Below the pieces are notes generated by a model, which saw only the letters and a program-made list of their open reading frames with translations, was not told the DNA's origin and made no database searches. Made by a program: the position numbers and the translations under genes. Of a stretch of 64,000 nucleotides of DNA, positions 37,601 to 47,753 are shown one piece after another. Every line of letters begins with the position of its first letter. The stretch's first letter is position 1. Source of the DNA: Ascidiella aspersa. Its lineage: Eukaryota. Where the stretch lies: positions 10,416,001 through 10,480,000 of the forward strand of contig OZ004613.1 in the NCBI GenBank assembly GCA_963924565.1, read 5' to 3'.

Positions 37601-40600
37601 AGCGACATTAACGCTTGCCGAAACAACACCAATCCGTGTGACAACCACGCCGAATGTAAGGACAGACGAGCTCCTTATATTGGCGCCAATTGTACGTGTT
37701 TATCCGGATACTACGGAGATGGGTAAGGATTGTGCTAGTCTGCCTTAGTACAGATCGCTTGTCGTTTAGTAGCGAAAAAATTAGTTTTGGATTTTATTTT
37801 ATTTTTAAACGACGAGTTTGAACCGAGTCTTGAAGTAAGGACAGTCGCTATTTTCTTTTACTGGGCAAATGGTTGTACAAACTACAATGTATTTTACTAA
37901 ACGCGTTTATTATATCGTTCTAAATCGCGTACTTATATAATAAAACACTGCGAAATCGAAATTGTTATTATTTGTAAAAAAAGGGAAACATTGTTTCCAC
38001 CTAGATCGCAGCTATCGCAAACATAGTGTTTTTTATATTCTTTTAAACAATTGTTCTTATTTCAAGATCAGCAATTTCCGTTAAAATAAGACCGCAAATG
38101 ACGTCATACCAAGAAATGATGACAATCAATGAAACAAATTAAATAAAATCCCCAGTATAGCGCAGAACACAGTGGCATCACTAGTTTGGTCAAATATAAT
38201 CCTTATTGCCTTTTGTGTAGTTTAAAAAATGGTAGCGGGTGTTCTTCGTCCGCTTTGCACGCTCTTTCCATCGCACTACCGGTTGTTTTCGTTGCACTCA
38301 TCCTGCTTGGCGCGCTAGTCTGGATGATACGAGAGCGCAGAATCGAGCGAGACAACTTTAAGTGGAGCAAGTTCGTTTCCAACTCGGCATTGCAGTACGC
38401 CCTTCCCCAGCTGGACAAAGGCGACGTGAGTTGACAGTTACATGTTTGGTCTACATCAAATGAAATCATTTCTGCCTATTTGTTATACCTTCATTTTAGC
38501 GAGACACTGTACGCTTAAAAACCCTTTTTAATGAAAAGATTCCCGTAAAATGTTGAACTATTCATTTACCATTTGATTATACCGAGATATTTTTTAAGTT
38601 TAAATTAGGGGTGAGAAATATTTTTTCTAGATGCAAACCAAAACCAAATCCGCTAAATTCAACTGTGAAGCCTTTACGAATCTTATTATAACAACCGCAA
38701 TGACTGTTCACCAGGAATCTTACTAGGCATTTTGCAACTTACACTCGGTGGAGGAACAGGAGTTGCGAAAAGCGCAAAAAAATGCTTTAAGGAAGTTAAA
38801 ATAGCCAAAAAAATATGAGGAATGCATCGCGCCCAGTTTGCAGAATAGGTTGCGGGCTGCTTGATTTTCGTTGATTTGGTCCGCGGGCCGTAGGCTGCCC
38901 ACGCCTGGTTTTTATTAATAACGGAATATGAAATGAATATATTTCGATTATGAAGATAAAACCAGTATGAACCGAAAATCGAAATAATCAAGAATGAAGT
39001 CGTTAAAAAAGATTGAATTTCATAACCCGGTAAACAACCGAAGAGCACACTATCTGAGCAAAAAAGTTATAAAGATTAAACTAAGTACAGAACTTAGTAA
39101 ACCGAAAATCAGTTTTTGGCTTCAATTCATTCGCAATGATATACTATGTTGCACTGAATATGTGAATAATAGAAATCACCTTGACCCTTGCAAGATAAAT
39201 GTCGACCTTAATTCCTGATCAGTAACAGCAAAATACTCTAGCAAAGCTGGTAATTCAGGTCAGACACAATAAACCAATCTTAAAAGATATATATATATAT
39301 ATATTTCGCCAATCAAAGAATGACATTCATTCGAATAAAGATATACTGACGATGCCTTGATTGGCGAAATATATATATATATGTTTTAAAATCTGTTTAT
39401 TGTGTCTGACCTGATTTGCTGCTTTGCTAGATTATTTTGCTTTCAATGATATACTAATAAGGCTTTTAGTAGACAAATATATTTATCATATAACATCCAA
39501 ACAAAATGATTTTCGCTTCATCCAAACAAAATAATTTTTTTCTTTTTTAATCTTCATCATTGATGTGCAACCCGAATCGTTTGTTTTTCACCATTCAGAT
39601 TCAGGCAGATTCTGTTATTCGAAAGAAAATTCTGAAAAATAGTTATGTCGATCCATTTTTGTTCCTCCAGAACGAATGGCTGCCCACGTTCGGCGACAGG
39701 TGGGAGTTGGCACGCGACAAAGTCCAACTCGGTGACGTGTTGGGCCGCGGCAACTACGGGATCGTGTACAAGGCCACGATGGCTGAAGACTCGGTCAACG
39801 ATGACCTGGTCAAGGTGACCACAGTCGATGTCGAGACGCGGTCCGTTGCCGTCAAGGTCCTTAAAGGTGTGTTTTACGGCAAATACTTTATATTGAATTG
39901 GGTAGATTTAGGTACACTTTGCAGTCCACGGATCTGTAATGTTGCTTGATAATAAATTGCAAAGTTAAAAAGATTAAATAGAATTGGGTTTAATAGGTAT
40001 AGTACGTATAAAATAAACAAAACAAAATAACGTTTTATGTCATCTTGTAAATCAGGGACCTAAAACAGTACAGTGCAATTCTTTTTCAGTGCAGTAGATT
40101 TGTATGTATATCTATAAAGGTATAAATGCGTAGCTCCGTCATTAGAACTAGCTTGATGATTGTTCAAATTGCAACAATACTGTTTAATACATTCCTTACC
40201 GTGTGTCTGTATAACATAAATACAAAAAGTTCGCTATCTGTGCAGAAGGGCCGAACGAGAGCTCAAAGATCATGGATTTTCTCGCCGAAATCGGTTTCAT
40301 GCTTAACCTGGGCGAGCACCCCCACGTGGTAAAAGTGCTGGGCTGCTGCACGACTCAGAAGCCCATCTACCTCGTCACCGAGTTTCTGGCGTACGGCGAC
40401 CTCCTCCATTTCCTGTGGGACGCCAGGGAGGTGTGTGGGCGTTGCAGTGTTGTAATGACTTAAGTCAAACACTTGACAATGACTTGGCTTAAGTGCATTT
40501 ATGTTACTGTTTTAAAATGACTTGACTGCTTGACTTAAGTAATTTCGTAAAAAATACTTGACTTGATTTTAGTCTTGTGAACAAATGACTGGACTTTGTG

Positions 40601-43600
40601 ACTTCGGTTAAAATGGTGTTTGCATTAGGCATTTTTTTCTAATTGGGTTCTTTATGTTAAGTTTTGCACATAAAACGATTTGCTTGGATATTTTTTGGTT
40701 CGTAATTGAAGGAGTTTCCCAATTTTAGTAATTTAACGTTTATTTTATTAATACACAAGGATATGTCTTGGATTTGTCTTGTGATTTATTCAAAAAGACT
40801 TGACTTGGACTTAATTTTTTCTACGAATGAATTGACTGGGACTTGAGTCATTTTAAAATGACTTGTTTACAACACTGGTCAACACTGTTTTTCCCATGAC
40901 AGCCGACCAAATGCTTTGAGGACCCCTTGTACCACCTAACGGAAAAATCCGTGTACGAAATGTCCCGCCAGCTCGCGCAATGGATGTCATACTTGACAAA
41001 GTCGAAAATAATCCACGGCGATCTGGCCGCCAGGAACATACTGGTGGGCGAAAATCGCGTGTGCAAGATTTCCGACTTCGGCCTGGCCAACGATGTCTAC
41101 AGGCAAGGAATAATTAACGATTTGCTTCAACAGAAAGTAGTTTTAGTTGTAACATCGTGGTTAAAAAATAATAACGCGACATTTTTTGTTGTTTATATTA
41201 GGATCTAAACCTATTCACACTGTCAGTTGTTTACCTGTTTTACATGCCACAATATCCAACAAACACACACAAAGTCCAAAACAGATCCAAAACAACTTTA
41301 TTCAAAGACAAATAGAATCACTATTTGAAGAAGTTTGATGAAGCTTTTGTTGGCGTAACTGCAGTGGTCTGACTTTTAGTAAAGTTGTTTTAGATCTTTT
41401 TTAACCTTTTTGGTTGTTTTGGATCTTGTAAGATCTTGCTTTATATATATTTAGTGTGTTTAAGATAAGCCTATTAAATCTATTTCATATTTTAAGGTAT
41501 GGTGTTATAAAAGGTCAAATGGAGAAAACCGTTCCTTTCAAGTGGATCAGCCCGGAGCGAATGATGTCCGGGAAAGTCCCCATTACAAGCAAAAGTGACG
41601 TGTAAGTATAAACAAAACGGGCAAGACAAAGCAAAGTATAAAAATGGGTAAAACTAAAGAACTAATCTGTAAACAAAAAGCAAACATTAACTTGTAACAA
41701 GACAAAAAGTGCGTTTTTTATTCAGATACAGTATGTTCAACATCTTGTATATTGACTTTAATGGAAAACTCGGAAAAACACAAATCGAAAAAATATGACA
41801 AAAGTTGACATGCAGTTATTGCTGTCATTGACTACGATAATGTTAACAAACGCCTCATTTAAAATTGCTTAAAATTACTACTTTGAATTTTAATAAAAAA
41901 GTCGGCGATAAAATCATTTAGAAGTCTAAAAGCGCACGGACTTAAGTACTATACTGCGTTAACCACGAGATTCAAGCCGAAAAATGGAAGGGGTTCTTTA
42001 TTATTTGCTTATATTCCACTACATTCATAGTTGGTCGTTCGGCAACCTAATGTTCGAAATGGTGACCTTGGGCTGTATGCCGCATGCCACCGTTCCGTCC
42101 GATCAGCTGTTGGAAAAACTTCGGTCCGGATACCGAATGAAGCAGCCCGTTTCCTGTGGCGGCCAAATGTAAGTGACGCGTTATCGCATATGACCGTAAC
42201 AAGAAAATCGCATTATGAAGTCTGGGTCGTTCTTAGTTTGTTCAATGGAGTTGGGAATTACTATTGTTCACGAGGCTGTATACTAATAGTAATATTATAG
42301 TTTATCGGGTTACATGTTTACGTGTATCGTTTGCAAAGATACTTTTTGACCTTGGACAAAATTTTCGGTTCACAAGTTTTACAAACGGAAATATATAGTA
42401 AAAACAAAGGTTCAACAATCCCTCCCAGACAAGAACATGTTCTACATTCAACAACCTACTAAACTAACCGGTATCAATGTTAGCAATATTATCCCTGCTG
42501 CTCATCACAATGCCATGTAAAGTATACGTAGCGGTGTGATATACCATATGCAGGCGATTTGCAGTTCCCTTTAGCAGAACCGATCAACTTTAAAGCCTTC
42601 AAGCCGTTTTATAAACTTCGTTCTTCGGCCTTAAAGCCGACTAAAAGATAGCTGCAGTTCCACCGACATACTCTCATAAAAAGTTTTAGCCACGCATTTA
42701 CGTCTAAGGGTGTACACCATAAAGCATTTTATTTAATAATACTAACGCTGTCACCACCCGAACCCAAACGATAACCCCAGCCCTAACTCAAAAAACATGT
42801 TATGTTTGAAAAATTATATCTCAATGCCAATGTTTTACAGAGAATTTCTAAAAACAAAACAATTTACTATACGTTGCTTGCCTGAAGTTATTAATACATC
42901 GAATTTCAAAGCTCGCTGATCATTTAAAGAATCGAATTTCGAAGCTCTGTAATCATTCCACGGGTTAGCAAAATTACCCTTATTGCCCAACTAACGCGCA
43001 AGTAGAATAACGTGACCGCATCAAGTCACATACTACCGTCTCCCAGTAGATCAGAAACTATCCACTTGACTTAAAATACGAAGAAGGAAGATTTATCCTG
43101 AAATTAAGCCATCCAAAATAGGAATGTCCAAAACTTGATGTTTCAAACTAATACCAATACCCGATAATTTCAGTAAAAAGCATTGCGATCCGACCCGGTA
43201 CCAAACAAACAAAATTTATATGCTCTAATAAGAAAATTGATTAAATTAAAATTTTCACTGGTAATCATATTGAGGGTATTATGCCGCAATTTGATTTTGC
43301 GTTAGAAAACATTATCTTTTATTTTTCAATTTATATTTTTCTAAAAAAATATTGCCTATAAGCATTTCGCCTTTAAAGGTAGAAACTTCAATGTTGTATA
43401 GAAAACATGTGAGTCTAATGCAAGACTTAAATTGGCATAGCATAGGCTCCGATACCACCCTAGAATCGGACGAGTATATTTACTGCCACTTGGTATCGAC
43501 TATTGGCTTCGATCTAATATTATGGAACATCCCTATAGGAGTGAAACGACATTTTTCTTCCAAATCAAAATTGAGGGGATCTAAAATAGGGACAAAACAT

Positions 43601-44723
43601 CTAAAATCATTTACGTGACCTTTATGTGAGGTAGCCAGGTCAGTCAAGAAGGCAGCCCCCGAATCCCAAAAACGACGGTTTTAGATGTTTTGTCAACATT
43701 TAACAACCCCTCAATTCTGATTTGGAAGCAAAATGAGTTTTCACTTCAACCCAATCCCTAATCCAAAGTTGTCCAATAGGGTGTTCACCTGATTTGGTAA
43801 AACAGTTGTTGAAAGTTTTACTGATATTCTGCTGCAGGTACACAATAATGAAAGCTTGCTGGGAGTGGCGAGCCTCATCTAGGCCAAGTTTCGATCGTCT
43901 TGACAAAATGCTGTCCAACGCACTCATCACAAACGCAAAGATGGACTACGTCAACATTGTCAAGGTGGTCGACAGCATTGACAAGGAGGTGAACGAAGCA
44001 CTGAGATTGAAACGATATACATATATTTGTAAGAAAAACTGCGCCTTTTGGAGCGTTAATGGGGTATTCAACTATACTCATTTTCGACCAAAATGCTCTT
44101 TAAATTTCACGGTAATAACGCAACTTCCAACTGAGTTAGTGTTTTGTTTACCAGTGTTAGTCTTGGGTTTGAGTAAAAACATATTTAGCATAACAAACAA
44201 TAGAGACATGTTATTTGCTATTCAATTATGGCGTTAATGTTGTAATAATTAAATAACAGAAAAAAATAAATGGTTTAGAAGTGCATAGAATCCATAGTCA
44301 TTTAAGAAATTGGAAGGCAACAAAAATGATCAAAACTACTTTAAAAAACCTGTCAGGCATTTTTTTTCCTGAATTTTTTCATATGGCACCCAAAGCCAAT
44401 ATTTCCTTGAATTTCGAACAAAATTGAAATTCACAACAACCATGGTTACTGTTTAACGTTTTACTTTTATATAAATTTGTTCAAAAATACACAAAAGTGT
44501 TAAATTGTAGGCAAAAAATACAAAAGTGCGTAAAAACTGTCATTGGCACAAGCTTTCAACAACCTATTTTTTACAGAAATATGAGGAGGAACTGGACCCG
44601 CAATTTCCTGGCAAAGACGAGGAGAAACAGGAGAACGGCGATCTAAGGGAAAGCTTTTACATCAAGCAACCTTTGTCAGACGACATGGCAAATCGGGAAC
44701 TCGACAAAACCACGATTTTCTGA
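31592..44723 (+). CDS. Receptor tyrosine kinase B, tandem paralog of RTK-A, 18 exons, 894 aa
   Basis: join(31592-31685,32130-32249,33245-33341,33442-33640,33721-33794,34143-34258,34839-35008,35655-35856,36900-37043,37581-37722,38221-38425,39671-39866,40246-40430,40903-41102,41497-41601,42031-42168,43838-43988,44577-44723) = 2685 nt. Same exon phases as RTK-A; intron 14 has a GC donor. Confidence 0.92.
32130..32249 (+). CDS. RTK-B exon 2
   Basis: WYTAQV...AHVRWNV; AAG acceptor less certain. Confidence 0.8.
33245..33341 (+). CDS. RTK-B exon 3
   Basis: LELDGFVVKFQDS...VCIPK. Confidence 0.82.
33442..33640 (+). CDS. RTK-B exon 4 (Cys-rich)
   Basis: FWVN...CLCATKC...GYF. Confidence 0.9.
33721..33794 (+). 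CDS. RTK-B exon 5
   Basis: FVRYLEFNVD...YIVPYS. Confidence 0.82.
34143..34258 (+). CDS. RTK-B exon 6
   Basis: QFTGNF...HHDAASILC. Confidence 0.78.
34486..34746 (+). mobile_element. tRNA-cassette repeat with terminal inverted repeats
   Basis: TAGTACACCGAAAGCCATCGCAGA ... TCTGAGATGGCCTTCGGTGTTTAG around A/B boxes. Confidence 0.75.
34839..35008 (+). CDS. RTK-B exon 7 (FN3-like)
   Basis: ELVPDF...LNVSWLLP. Confidence 0.88.
35655..35856 (+). CDS. RTK-B exon 8 (FN3-like end)
   Basis: ITVENVKPTHNYTYAVTS resembles the FN3 tyrosine-corner motif. Confidence 0.85.
35887..36311. mobile_element. AAGTC-family MITE copy
   Basis: CAGTGTTGTAAAC...TTACAACATTG; internally similar to 29809-30204. Confidence 0.8.
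36900..37043 (+). CDS. RTK-B exon 9 (EGF 1)
   Basis: CDQNANC...CVCLSGFVGNG. Confidence 0.92.
37581..37722 (+). CDS. RTK-B exon 10 (EGF 2)
   Basis: CSDINAC...CTCLSGYYGDG. Confidence 0.92.
38221..38425 (+). CDS. RTK-B exon 11 (TM)
   Basis: LSIALPVVFVALILLGALVWMI-RERR. Confidence 0.92.
39228..39440. repeat. Long inverted repeat (~90-bp arms containing (TA)n)
   Basis: GCAAAATACTCTAGCAAAGC...TTTCGCCAATCAA and its reverse complement. Confidence 0.85.
39671..39866 (+). CDS. RTK-B exon 12 (kinase I-II)
   Basis: LGRGNYGIVY...VAVKVLK. Confidence 0.95.
40246..40430 (+). CDS. RTK-B exon 13
   Basis: HPHVVKVLGCCT...YGDLLHFL. Confidence 0.95.
40445..40877. mobile_element. AAGTC-family MITE copy (opposite orientation)
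   Basis: CAGTGTTGTAA...TTTACAACACTG; further partial copies ~13495-14209, 21495-21623, 50530-50690, 53338-53460, 61005-61191. Confidence 0.8.
40903..41102 (+). CDS. RTK-B exon 14
   Basis: HGDLAARN...DFGLAND; followed by GC donor. Confidence 0.93.
41497..41601 (+). CDS. RTK-B exon 15
   Basis: VPFKWISPE...KSDV. Confidence 0.95.
42031..42168 (+). CDS. RTK-B exon 16
   Basis: WSFGNLMFEMVTLG...GYRMKQP. Confidence 0.95.
43119..43534. mobile_element. MITE family with TAGGGATGT/ACATCCCTA ends and GATAC/GTATC motifs
   Basis: Related segments at ~12524, 19030-19410, 20650-21002, 56690-57072, 60814. Confidence 0.6.
43838..43988 (+). CDS. RTK-B exon 17
   Basis: MKACWEW...RPSF...DYVNI. Confidence 0.93.
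44577..44723 (+). CDS. RTK-B exon 18 (terminal)
   Basis: KYEEEL...DKTTIF*. Confidence 0.87.
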   Translation, partial: KYEEELDPQFPGKDEEKQENGDLRESFYIKQPLSDDMANRELDKTTIF

Positions 44724-45012
44724 AACTTTGAGACAAGATTTTAAGCACAACTCTGCTGCAAAATCAAAACATTTCATGGCACAAGCATAAACAATCCAAC
44801 CATGTCGCACGTACTGAACTCATAAAAAACAGTTTTTTGGATAGCAGTCAATTTGATTAAGGCCAAACAATATTTTTGTTATTTTTGTAAATTTAAAAAC
44901 GTTAAATGCAATCAGCCAAACCAAGTTTATTGCGTATAATTGCGATGTACAGTGCCACTGGTAACATCTAATTTTTTTTTATATATAAGGCTTTCCTATT
45001 AGGAGTTAAAAC

Positions 45013-45416
45013 CAGGGCTGCGGAGTCGGTTAAAAACAACTCCCGAGTCCGACACCGGCCAAAAAAATACACCCGAGTCCGAGTCCGACTCCCGAGTCCC
45101 AAGACCGACTCCGGCCAAATGTAAGATTTTGCCGAGTCCTGAGTCCAGCTCTGACTCTACAGCCTGTATTTTACCCTTTAAGCAACTAAATTAAGGTGGA
45201 TTTTCTGCAATCCACTCATATTGGTGTCATAATTGATCCACCCGCATTACATGGTTTAAAATTTTTTTCACATTTGCTATTACACTTTTACTTACATTTT
45301 GCCGCCTTGAAAGTTTTAAAATTTGATACTGCGCATGCGCACTTTTGACTCGGGACTCGGGTAGTTTTACGCGGTCTTACTCGAGTCCTTAGTCCGACTC
45401 CGACTCCGCAGCCCTG
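45013..45416. mobile_element. hAT-type MITE (GAGTC/GACTC-rich family)
   Basis: TIR CAGGGCTGCGGAGTCGG...CCGACTCCGCAGCCCTG; TSD-like GTTAAAAC/GTTAAAGT. Confidence 0.88.
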
Positions 45417-47689
45417 GTTAAAGTTTAAAACACGTAATTGTTATTTCCAAAGTTAAAAAAGTAGGTATAGTTGAATGAAAGAAGTTTCGAACGTCGCCAA
45501 GTTTGCCCAAGGTCGGTTGTTGTCAGCAAAATACCGAAACTGCTAAGTTCAAAATATAAACAAAGTTACGTGATAAACAATGAAGCTTACCGGGATTGCC
45601 TTTGGCTTACAACAGAAAGGGTAACAAGCTACACAGTCTAAGGTGCGATCGTAGTTAATTCAGCACTCCAGCCTAGTATACTATTCGCTAGTCGAAACAG
45701 CAGCTCAAACTGCTGATTGGTCCTTCGGCGCGTTTTAGGCCAAGCATCCACACACGCGTAGTCCCGCTGGAAAACAAACACACAGCAGAAAGTAATTAGA
45801 CTGATTAGGTTTAAAGACCCACGCGCAACACAGAGCTTTCAACGTTAAGGTCTTAACACACCAAGGGGTTGCGTAACGATCTTAAGGGGTCGCGAGTGGG
45901 TCTTCATGACTTTTACACTGTAGGCTACATACCTTTTAAGCACTTTTCTAACATTCCATATGGATATGTCAAAAGACCATTCTCAACTATGTTAGGTTGT
46001 AGTTAGGCATTTCTTCAACTAGCTACTAGAGCGTGTTGTTGCAACCAACAACATTATTTTCTTTCAACCACCTTTACAAAGGGGCGCGAATATCTTTAAT
46101 AAGTTTAATGGACTTACAGATTAAACGGTTTGGGAAGCCCTGCAATAAGTAATCATATTTTTTGCTTACGAATTGAAGTTTCGCTGATCTAACATTAACT
46201 TTTTCTATTAGAGCAAAATACAATCAGGACGATGTAATCTACAGAAAAAAATAATTAAACAAAAGAAAATTTGTTGCAAAATGTTTTAAAATAGTCCCGA
46301 TACAACCTGTTAATAAATGCACTAATCCTACGTTTCTTGACGCAACTCTGCAAAGCCACGTGATGTATCCTGGCAGGTCGTTGTAGTTCAAACTTAACTT
46401 CCGTCGGTCTGGCGTGGTCGGCCTGTTCATTATGGTTCATTTTGTGAACTGCATGGAAAGTTTCCAAAATGATACCGAATGACCGAAAATTTGCGTCTCG
46501 TGTCTAGAACGTGCAGTGTCAAATAAGGGCCTGATCCCAATTATTTTATTATGTTTTCGATAATTCGTGCTAAAATCTTACCACAAAAAAGTGTTTAAAT
46601 GTTGCCTTGGCCTTGATATAAGGAATGCGACGGCAAATTTGTCTTTACATGGTAGTTACATTTAAGGCCACAAATGAAATGTTAAAATTGATTTAGAAGA
46701 TCAAGAGTTTGTATGTTTATTGAAAAACCGTTTATGGATTGCTGTGTGTTGTATGTTCAGTTGATACTCTCCGATAAAGCACATAAAAAAGAAAGGACTG
46801 TAAATTATTTTAGGTAAAAAGGTTTTGTACAAACTTCCAATAGTTTTAATTCTGGTAAAATGTTGCTTAATACGTGATAATGTAAGAGAGTTTAAGAAAC
46901 GTATAATGTGTATTTGGTGAATAAATAATACGCCTATACGAGTTTAAATGACTAATGCGACGAGTATAGTTTAACATCTGTAAGAATTCATATTTCGAGT
47001 CAAATTTACCCTGGAATGGTAATAAATAATTTAATTTTTTTTTAATTTTAAAGTTATTTTCTATTATTAGAATTTGTTTTACACTTTTTCTTACTGATGT
47101 TTTACGTATAATATTTTATAAGTGTTCCTAAAACAATCACTGATTTCTGTTATTGTACCACTGTGTTACTTACGGATTTCCGTTAGTTTGGAGAATAATA
47201 TTTAAATGCAAATTGCTTTTCTGCGGATATTCACGCAGATGAGTTTTCAGCGAAGGTTGAACGTGTTTTCGACACGTTTTGTCTGGTTTCCAGCAAGCGA
47301 GAACGAATAGCTATCACGAATGTTTTTTTCTTACAATAATGGGACAGTTTCGAAAGAAAATTGAAACCAAGTAAGCTCACAAACTATAAATTGTGCAGAA
47401 ATGTACTCTTTGCAATGTTAGTATTGGTCGAGATTTTATTTTGTTTTATAAAGTGCTTTAACACAGGCATTGAAAGAGCTTTTTCGAAAGATATCGGATT
47501 ATTAAATGATACAAAAATTTATATTTAAAAGTCTGATCCAATAAGCAGAACGTAGCACATTAACAATAACCGATAGAAGAAAGTCATTTCTACTTCAGTA
47601 GTATTTCCTTTATAAAAAATTTATAAAAATGACTTTTTAACACCTCGTACTGCTTAGTGTTCTCAGGCATAGGTTAAACCTGTTGCGAG

Positions 47690-47753
47690 ATGATTACGCC
47701 GCGTTACGTAGCCTTTTTGGTGTGTATTTTGGGATTTGCCGTTCTTGCAACTG
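47690..47753 (+). CDS. Gene 3 exon 1 (signal peptide)
   Basis: MITPRYVAFLVCILGFAVLAT; donor GTAAGT. Confidence 0.85.

Noticed and set aside
10779-44723. Assigning FGFR, RET or TIE gene symbols
   Set aside because: The kinase resembles that group, but the ectodomain and HGD loop do not match; orthology needs a phylogeny.
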